Virus record (IMG/VR): IMGVR_UViG_3300046798_000046
Strand: one strand, 5' to 3'
Source of the DNA: an uncultured virus (IMG/VR IMGVR_UViG_3300046798_000046)
Taxonomy: Duplodnaviria; Heunggongvirae; Uroviricota; Caudoviricetes
Length of the DNA stretch: 23,110 nt
Shown: piece by piece, positions 18,311-23,110 of the stretch
How positions within the stretch are numbered: the stretch's first letter is position 1
Layout: each line of letters opens with the position of its first letter
Made by a program: the position numbers and the translations under genes
Notes under the pieces: model-generated
What the model saw: the letters and a program-made list of their open reading frames with translations, nothing else
Told to the model about the DNA's origin: nothing
The model's database searches: none

Positions 18311-19833
18311 CCCGCGAGTCTATCAACCCACAAGGCCGCGAGCACGAAGATCCCCATCCAGCTTTGGCCCTGCTGGCCCAGGTCGTACGGACTCGCCTGC
18401 ACGCGCCGCGTCGGCGTCTCCCCCTCCGGCGGCCGATGCCTCGTCGCCAACCCCCGCAAGGCATCGGCCCCGTGGGTCGCGAAGTTCCGCACCGGCGTCC
18501 CCGTGAACTGCCCGAGACTCGCGTTCCAGACTTTCCGGTAGTTTCGCAGACATTCGATCCCGCGCGCGCACTGCACGGCGTCGAACCAGCAGCGGGCCAG
18601 GAACGCCCGGGTCGCATTGATCCCGTCCCCGAGATCGAGCTTGGCCGTCACCTCGAAGTTGACCCCGAGCGCCCGCGCCGACTCAATGCGGCTCTTCCCG
18701 GTCCCCAACTCGCGCACCTTGATGTCATGCGGGCCATTATGCGTCCCGTACACATACGGCTTCTCCTGGAGCACCTTCACGTAGTGCGGGAGACCCTCGC
18801 CACTATTCTCGTAGTAATCAATGAGCCGAATCTCCCCGCTCCGGAGACTCTGGCTGAACCAGATGGTCGTGCTGTCATCCACCCCGAGGTCCCAGTCCGT
18901 ATCGACCGGCAGCGCCGGGTCATACGGCACCGCCCGAATCCGGCCCTCCGTCTTCGCGACCTGCATCTCCTTGGCGAAGAACGCCCCCTTGATCGCCGCA
19001 TCCGCCGACAGGTACCACTCCTGGTCGTAGTCGTCCTGACTCATCAACCCCTGCACAATCAAGTCCCGGTCATCGGCCATCGCCTGACTGAGCAGTTGGA
19101 TCGTAATGCCTTCTTCGGTCGCCAGACTCGTATCCACGTCCTGCCACAGACTGAACCACGTCTCGGGCGCCTTCGTCGCCGCCTCCCACGTCCGATACAA
19201 ATGATCCTTGCCCTTGATGGTGCCCAAAAAGATCGCATACCCGAGATGGTCCCCGAGCGCCTTGCTCAACACCGACCCGAAAATCTCCGGATCCTGCTGG
19301 CTATACTCATCAAAACTCAGCCCGCTGAACGCCGGACCGCGCAACGAATCCGGATGATCCGCCCCGAACAACTGAAACTTGTTCCCATTCGGATACCGCA
19401 CGAGGAGTTCCTGCTCGTTCAAGACCACGCCCCGCACCCCCCGCGCATAGTGCTTCACCTTGTCCCACACCGCCAGCTTCGCCACCTTGTAGGTCGGCAT
19501 CACATGCCCGTAATGCCTGCCCCCCGGCGGATGAATCAGTTCCTCCAGATCCTGCTCCTTCCGCGCCAACCCCGGCTTCAGAAACAGCAACCGCCCCCGC
19601 TCCCACGCGTCCACCAGCGCCGCCCGCTGATGATGGTTAATCACCGCCGTCGATTTCCCACACCGCCGATGCAACACGAGCACCGCAAACCGCTTGTAAC
19701 TGGCATGAAACGCCTTCGCCCAATTCCTCGGCCGATACGGAATCACCCGCGACTCCCCCGGCACCTCCTTCACCCCCGGCCGCCACCCCGGCGCCTTCCC
19801 CGGCCCCGACCGCACCCCCTTCTCAAACGCCAT
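18301..19833 (-). CDS. terL: Terminase large subunit
   Basis: IPYRPR; Walker A HRRCGKST; GAD.PDSLRG; Walker B LSFDEY; GT.KGK; nuclease WDLG.DD.T.IWF.Q, PHD..VRELGTG, HGADALR. Confidence 0.97.
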   Translation of the reverse strand: MAFEKGVRSGPGKAPGWRPGVKEVPGESRVIPYRPRNWAKAFHASYKRFAVLVLHRRCGKSTAVINHHQRAALVDAWERGRLLFLKPGLARKEQDLEELIHPPGGRHYGHVMPTYKVAKLAVWDKVKHYARGVRGVVLNEQELLVRYPNGNKFQLFGADHPDSLRGPAFSGLSFDEYSQQDPEIFGSVLSKALGDHLGYAIFLGTIKGKDHLYRTWEAATKAPETWFSLWQDVDTSLATEEGITIQLLSQAMADDRDLIVQGLMSQDDYDQEWYLSADAAIKGAFFAKEMQVAKTEGRIRAVPYDPALPVDTDWDLGVDDSTTIWFSQSLRSGEIRLIDYYENSGEGLPHYVKVLQEKPYVYGTHNGPHDIKVRELGTGKSRIESARALGVNFEVTAKLDLGDGINATRAFLARCWFDAVQCARGIECLRNYRKVWNASLGQFTGTPVRNFATHGADALRGLATRHRPPEGETPTRRVQASPYDLGQQGQSWMGIFVLAALWVDRLAGWM

Positions 19834-19859
19834 CCATCCCCCCTACCACATCCCGCGCC

Positions 19860-20040
19860 CCGTGTCCCGACACGATTTCCGATGTTCCAAAATTTGTGTC
19901 GGAAAATTCTGGCCCGATGATACCCCCAGGGGGGGTGTCAAGATATTGACAGAGGAAGATTTTCGGGTGAACGGGGGGCAAAAAGTAGTCCTAACTTTCG
20001 AGCCGCCCGGTCGGGCGCCCGATCCGGATCACCCCCCCCT
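19860..20040. other. Non-coding, locally AT-rich region with palindromes and G/C homopolymer tracts; candidate terL control or packaging/terminus region
   Basis: CCGACAC/GTGTCGG inverted repeat 19867-19902; TACCCCCAGGGGGGGT; TGTCAA-GATA-TTGACA palindrome 19936-19951; G6 and C8 tracts. Confidence 0.45.
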
Positions 20041-20285
20041 GCCCGGCCCCCCTCGCCGCTGTGCGCCTGCCGTCTTCGATGCCGTTTCGCGCGTCCTCGC
20101 CGCTCGCCGTCGTCTCGCCCTGGTCTCGCGCGCCGCTCGCCGCTCGCCGCGTCCTCGCCGCGCGCCCGCCCGTCGTCCGTCCGTCGTCCGCGTCCAGGCC
20201 GAGGCCGTCCGTCTCGCGCACGCGCCCGCGATCATGAATGACCGTGCTCGCTCGCCGCGCCGGTCGCGTCCCACCTCGCCGCGTC
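20032..20285. repeat. A-depleted low-complexity tract with iterated CTCGC
   Basis: One A in 20032-20195; CTCGC at 20052, 20096, 20103, 20114, 20125, 20136, 20143, 20154, 20213 and further. Confidence 0.8.
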
Positions 20286-20351
20286 CCTGGCCGTAGGACA
20301 TCGGACGACCCCGTGCCTGGAGCCGTCCGATGGTTCTCATGTCCTCGTCGC

Positions 20352-20549
20352 CTAGCCCGCGTGGGCCGGTCGCTTGCGCCTCCGTCCTTTGATGAGGAAT
20401 AGCTCCCACATCGCGCCGTGCATCCTCCGGTCCCCGGCTTCCCATTGCTGCCACGCGCGGGTCGAGGTATGGACGAGCCTCGCGGATTCCGCCTGGGACA
20501 GCCCGAACGCCGCGCGATGCGCCTTCACGTCCTCGCCGGTCGGTCTCAT
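20352..20549 (-). CDS. XRE-family helix-turn-helix regulator
   Basis: VKAHRAAFGLSQAESARLVHTSTRAWQQWEAGDRRM, a classic HTH_XRE pattern; ATGA overlap with upstream gene. Confidence 0.9.
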   Translation of the reverse strand: MRPTGEDVKAHRAAFGLSQAESARLVHTSTRAWQQWEAGDRRMHGAMWELFLIKGRRRKRPAHAG

Positions 20550-20779
20550 CGGAGCGCCTCTAAGGCGAAGTGTGCCGCGCGTCTCGCGTAGCTCACGGCG
20601 TTCTCGGCGTGCTGTTCGGCGCTAGCCCGGTAGCACGTCGCTCGCAGGCCGTCGAGGTCGTCGCCTGCCTTGTCTGCCTCTCGACTCCAGGATCGTGCCG
20701 CGTCGATTGCGATCCTGGTCCACTTCCCATAATTCCGCGCGTGCATCCGGAGATCCTTTTGCGCCTGGGTGAGTCTCAT
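20546..20779 (-). CDS. Hypothetical helical protein, 77 aa (MRLTQAQKDLRMHAR...)
   Basis: ATGA overlaps at both ends; GAGGAGG RBS. Confidence 0.75.
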   Translation of the reverse strand: MRLTQAQKDLRMHARNYGKWTRIAIDAARSWSREADKAGDDLDGLRATCYRASAEQHAENAVSYARRAAHFALEALR

Positions 20780-21081
20780 TCGCCGTCCTCCTCGTCGCGG
20801 TCCAGGCCGTCGTGGAAGCAGCCGACCTGCCCGCACTCGCCGCAGTAGTCGCGGCGTTTGAGCGGCCAGATGTCGGTGACGTCCAGAACGTGAATCCGGT
20901 CATCGCCCACCATGTAGGCTGAGACTTCGCCCGTGCGCTCCTCGATGCCGGTCCATTCGGTATCCTCGTCCGGCGCCGTCGTCCAGCCCAGGACGCGGAA
21001 GGCGATGCCCTGGTAGCCGCGAACCCCGTAGGCGGCAGCGGTGAATGTCGCGCGGTCAGCTTCGTAGTGTGTCTTTCTCAT
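20776..21081 (-). CDS. Hypothetical protein, 101 aa, C-terminal CxxC..CxH metal site
   Basis: Start reassigned to ATG 21081 (MRKTHYEADR...), 2 nt after previous stop; MVGDDR.H...D...L.R.DYCGECGQVGC.H. Confidence 0.78.
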   Translation of the reverse strand: MRKTHYEADRATFTAAAYGVRGYQGIAFRVLGWTTAPDEDTEWTGIEERTGEVSAYMVGDDRIHVLDVTDIWPLKRRDYCGECGQVGCFHDGLDRDEEDGE

Positions 21082-21083
21082 GG

Positions 21084-21218
21084 CTAGTACCCCGTAATCT
21101 CGACGACGTAGCAGTCGCCCTTGCTGAAGGCCCGGAAGGCAATCCCGCGCGTCGTGAGGCCCGCGCAGAACTCGGCCATCTCCGACAGGTTGACGAACTC
21201 GCAGCGGTTGCAGGTCAT
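21084..21218 (-). CDS. Hypothetical protein, 44 aa (MTCNRCEFVNLSEMAEFCAGLTTRGIAFRAF...EITGY)
   Basis: ATGA overlap with upstream microgene. Confidence 0.68.
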   Translation of the reverse strand: MTCNRCEFVNLSEMAEFCAGLTTRGIAFRAFSKGDCYVVEITGY

Positions 21219-21355
21219 CGCGCCCGCCTTCCCAGGTAGGACACCGCGAGCATTTCCACGGCCATCTCGACGACGGCGAGCGGCCAGTACGAGCCGAGCA
21301 TGAACGGGCCGGTTTCCGGCGTGTAGGACAGCATGACAATCAGTAGCGTGAACAT
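21215..21355 (-). CDS. Hydrophobic microprotein, 46 aa (MFTLLIVMLSYTPETGPFMLGSYWPLAVVEMAVEMLAVSYLGRRAR); not in ORF track
   Basis: GAGGAG RBS, first ORF after the leftward promoter, ATGA coupling to next gene. Confidence 0.7.
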   Translation of the reverse strand: MFTLLIVMLSYTPETGPFMLGSYWPLAVVEMAVEMLAVSYLGRRAR

Positions 21356-21390
21356 TTTGGCTCCTCAGTCGGCGTAATTGCCGTCCCTCA

Positions 21391-21420
21391 ATCATACGCG
21401 CAATGCGCGCCATAGCGCAA
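21391..21420 (-). promoter_or_regulatory. Leftward sigma70-like promoter TTGCGC-N18-TATGAT
   Basis: Hexamers read directly; lies ~35 nt upstream of a strong RBS and ATG. Confidence 0.65.
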
Positions 21421-21472
21421 GTTTATCCAGCCCGTGACGACTTGAGCCTTTTCCTAACGATTTTTTCGATTC
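21421..21472 (+). repeat. 52-bp direct repeat, copy 1
   Basis: 45/52 identical, ungapped, to 22220-22271. Confidence 0.9.
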
Positions 21473-21483
21473 GTCTCGGCGCG

Positions 21484-21512
21484 TTGCGCGTGCGATTGTT
21501 TGAGCGTATAGT
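21484..21512 (+). promoter_or_regulatory. Rightward sigma70-like promoter TTGCGC-N17-TATAGT
   Basis: Hexamers with 17-nt spacer, same -35 as the leftward promoter; upstream of AGGAG RBS. Confidence 0.7.
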
Positions 21513-21559
21513 TAGAACTCCTCGCGCCATATCGCCGCGAGACCCTAGGAGCCGACCGA

Positions 21560-21733
21560 ATGACCCTGACACTTACTGTCCTCGAAGCCACGGAATTGCA
21601 CGTCGCCGTCACCGAACGGATCGCCGCGCTCACCGTCTGGCATACCGCTGTCCATGAGATCGAAGCCCGCATCGCCCTGGCCGATCTCCTCGCCGCCGAT
21701 AACCGCATCCTCGCCAAGCTGGAGGGCCGGTAA
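21560..21733 (+). CDS. Hypothetical helical protein, 57 aa (MTLTLTVLEATELHVAVTERIAAL...); not in ORF track
   Basis: AGGAG RBS; 1 nt gap to next ATG. Confidence 0.72.
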   Translation: MTLTLTVLEATELHVAVTERIAALTVWHTAVHEIEARIALADLLAADNRILAKLEGR

Positions 21734-21734
21734 C

Positions 21735-21935
21735 ATGGCCGCGCTCACCGTTACCGCCATGCGCGCTGCCCTGGCCTCGCTCGGCTTGTCGGCACGCCGC
21801 ACGCCTGGAGGCGACATCCGGGTCGCCTTCCAGGGCCACGGACACGAAGCCAGCGCCTGCTATGAGACCGACTGGCGCGCGGCGTACGACACCGGCGTAG
21901 CGATGGCCGTCGAAGCGGCGAAGGGGGCCAAATGA
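21735..21935 (+). CDS. Hypothetical protein, 66 aa (MAALTVTAMRAALASLGL...)
   Basis: GGAGG RBS; ATGA overlap downstream. Confidence 0.75.
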   Translation: MAALTVTAMRAALASLGLSARRTPGGDIRVAFQGHGHEASACYETDWRAAYDTGVAMAVEAAKGAK

Positions 21936-22075
21936 GCCGCCGCACCCTCGCCGCGCTGCTCGCCCTGGCCGTCCTCTACAGCGTCTACACCGTCCTCGAC
22001 GCCCAGCGCCTTCGCGCGGGCGACCGACGAGACGCCGAGGCCGCCATCTACCTCGCATCCAGGGGGGCACAATGA
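21932..22075 (+). CDS. Membrane-anchored microprotein, 47 aa (MSRRTLAALLALAVLYSVYTVLDAQ...); not in ORF track
   Basis: ATGA coupling at both ends; basic N-terminus plus hydrophobic helix. Confidence 0.68.
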   Translation: MSRRTLAALLALAVLYSVYTVLDAQRLRAGDRRDAEAAIYLASRGAQ

Positions 22076-22176
22076 ACCGTCGCCAGCGTTCCGATCTCCT
22101 CATCGACAGCACCGTGCAGATCCTCGTCCTCATCATGCTGATGCTGCTCTGCTTCACGATTGGAGGGATTCTCTAA
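22072..22176 (+). CDS. Single-TM microprotein, 34 aa (MNRRQRSDLLIDSTVQILVLIMLMLLCFTIGGIL); not in ORF track
   Basis: ATGA coupling, G-rich RBS, ~20-residue hydrophobic C-terminus. Confidence 0.62.
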   Translation: MNRRQRSDLLIDSTVQILVLIMLMLLCFTIGGIL

Positions 22177-22219
22177 CGACACCCTGACGACATGGGGCGA
22201 AAGTCGGCACGGGTCCGGA

Positions 22220-22271
22220 GGTTATCCCGCCCGTGCCGACCTGAGCCTTTCCCTAACGATTTTCACGATTC
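22220..22271 (+). repeat. 52-bp direct repeat, copy 2
   Basis: 45/52 identical to 21421-21472. Confidence 0.9.
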
Positions 22272-22286
22272 ACGTTTTCGAGAACC

Positions 22287-22306
22287 GGGGCGAAAGTGCC
22301 CCTTTT
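22287..22306 (+). terminator. Weak terminator/attenuator-like hairpin abutting an RBS
   Basis: GGGGC-GAAAGT-GCCCC followed by TTTT, then GGAG. Confidence 0.35.
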
Positions 22307-22315
22307 GGAGCCAAA

Positions 22316-22699
22316 ATGAGCGAGACACAGACGAAAAACAGCCCAATCGACACTTGCGGGGCCTGCGGCGAGCCGTGGCCCTGCACCGTCGCGCGGGCGC
22401 CTGGAGCCTACCGGAGCCTCGTGCTGGCCGCGCATTACGTGCGGGCAGCGGTCGCGCCCGTGCCGAGCGTCCTGCGGGTCGGGGACACGGTGCTGTGGCG
22501 GGGGAACTTTGGGACGGCGGGGGCGATGCGGGCCAAGGTGGTTCGCATTGAGGAGACGGAGTATCCGAGGACCAAGTATGGGACGGAGGTGTCGGAAATC
22601 CTCTGGTCAGCCGTGCGGAACAATTACGCCTGTCTGGACCTGGACAATGGGTCCTGGTGCTATGGGGAACAGGTCAGCCCGCTGCTGGGGACGACGTAA
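22316..22699 (+). CDS. Hypothetical protein, 127 aa: N-terminal CxxC...WPC motif plus small beta-barrel-like domain
   Basis: GGAG RBS before ATG 22316; LRVGDTVLWRGNFG...AKVVRIE...KYG.EV...DLDNG.WCYG.QV. Confidence 0.78.
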   Translation: MSETQTKNSPIDTCGACGEPWPCTVARAPGAYRSLVLAAHYVRAAVAPVPSVLRVGDTVLWRGNFGTAGAMRAKVVRIEETEYPRTKYGTEVSEILWSAVRNNYACLDLDNGSWCYGEQVSPLLGTT

Positions 22700-22989
22700 G
22701 GGGCCAGCGGGCCTATCGACGCGGAGCGAGACCGGCTCGCGGGTCCTGGGGCAACCTGGGGACTGCGGGCCGGTTTCAGTTTCAGGGTCGGACGGGGCGC
22801 GGAGCGGGGGCGGGTCCGGGGCCAGGATCGCGCCGTCCGGGGCCGAGGCCGACCGGGGGCCAGGGGTCGGGAGCCGGGTCAGGGGCCGGTCAGGGAGGCG
22901 TGAGGAGGCCGGGGCGGGCGCCCTGGAGCGCAGGCGCGGGCGCGGGGTCAGGGAGCCGTCAGGGCCAGGGCACGCGAGGGGCGCGGCGG
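22700..22989. repeat. G-rich low-complexity tract with iterated CAGGG
   Basis: CAGGG at 22783, 22861, 22880, 22891, 22949, 22960, 22966; many G3-G5 runs. Confidence 0.7.
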
Positions 22990-23109
22990 TTACTGACACT
23001 TGGAGCCGCGCGGGAGTTGGAGTTTCGAGATGACGGCCAGCCCTTGCGGGGCCACGTAGAGACAGACGCCGGGATAGTCGAGGACTTGGACGGCGGCGAG
23101 CGGGGGCGG
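22990..23109 (-). CDS. Probable 3' end of a gene entering from the right (...LAAVQVLDYPGVCLYVAPQGLAVISKLQLPRGSKCQ*)
   Basis: Open frame with GC3-rich codons ending TAA at 22990-22992; only 39 codons visible. Confidence 0.45.
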   Translation of the reverse strand, partial: PPPLAAVQVLDYPGVCLYVAPQGLAVISKLQLPRGSKCQ

Positions 23110-23110
23110 A

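Noticed and set aside
18304..19840. 10-bp direct repeat CATCCATCCC at both ends of terL, resembling a target-site duplication
   Set aside because: Both copies are simply start-codon contexts (GGGATGGATG); short, in skewed sequence, and terL is an essential gene
19919..19938. C-tract/G-tract dyad resembling a CsoR/RcnR operator
   Set aside because: Imperfect symmetry and no metal-homeostasis genes nearby; kept only as part of the palindrome cluster
20029..20454. Arg-rich minus-strand ORFs as a possible TerS or protamine-like protein
   Set aside because: The open frame follows from the T-free low-complexity minus strand; no TerS or HTH features
21421..22271. 52-bp repeats as a CRISPR array, att sites or DnaA-box origin
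   Set aside because: Only two copies 0.8 kb apart, no integrase or tRNA in view, and the TTATCC cores match the DnaA box at only 7/9 and 6/9
1..23110. tRNA, rRNA, integrase, lysis or replication genes
   Set aside because: No supporting motifs seen in this window, so lifestyle and host cannot be determined

Overview
High-GC tailed-phage (or prophage) DNA containing a P22-like podovirus morphogenesis operon on the minus strand. Right to left it runs: large terminase, HNH protein, six small ORFs, portal, scaffold, coat, a three-gene accessory cassette (signal-peptide-bearing head-fibre-like protein, chaperone-like ORF, DUF2341/LamG-like lectin), a small conserved ORF, gp4-like and gp10-like head-closure proteins, a collagen/HxH tail fibre, a free-standing HNH endonuclease, two hypotheticals, and a second collagen fibre gene that runs off the left edge and is missing from the ORF track. 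To the right of terL is a ~2.4 kb block of tiny genes driven by back-to-back sigma70-like promoters. It carries a duplicated 52-bp element and is bracketed by two oppositely skewed low-complexity tracts, so it may be a genome-end/early region. The most notable items are: a small ORF that copies the C-terminal motif of the phage's own coat protein, a virion-type fibre protein with a Sec signal peptide, a hairpin-dense scaffold-coat intergenic region, and fibre modules shared among three genes. All calls come from reading motifs and gene order by eye; no database searches were run.
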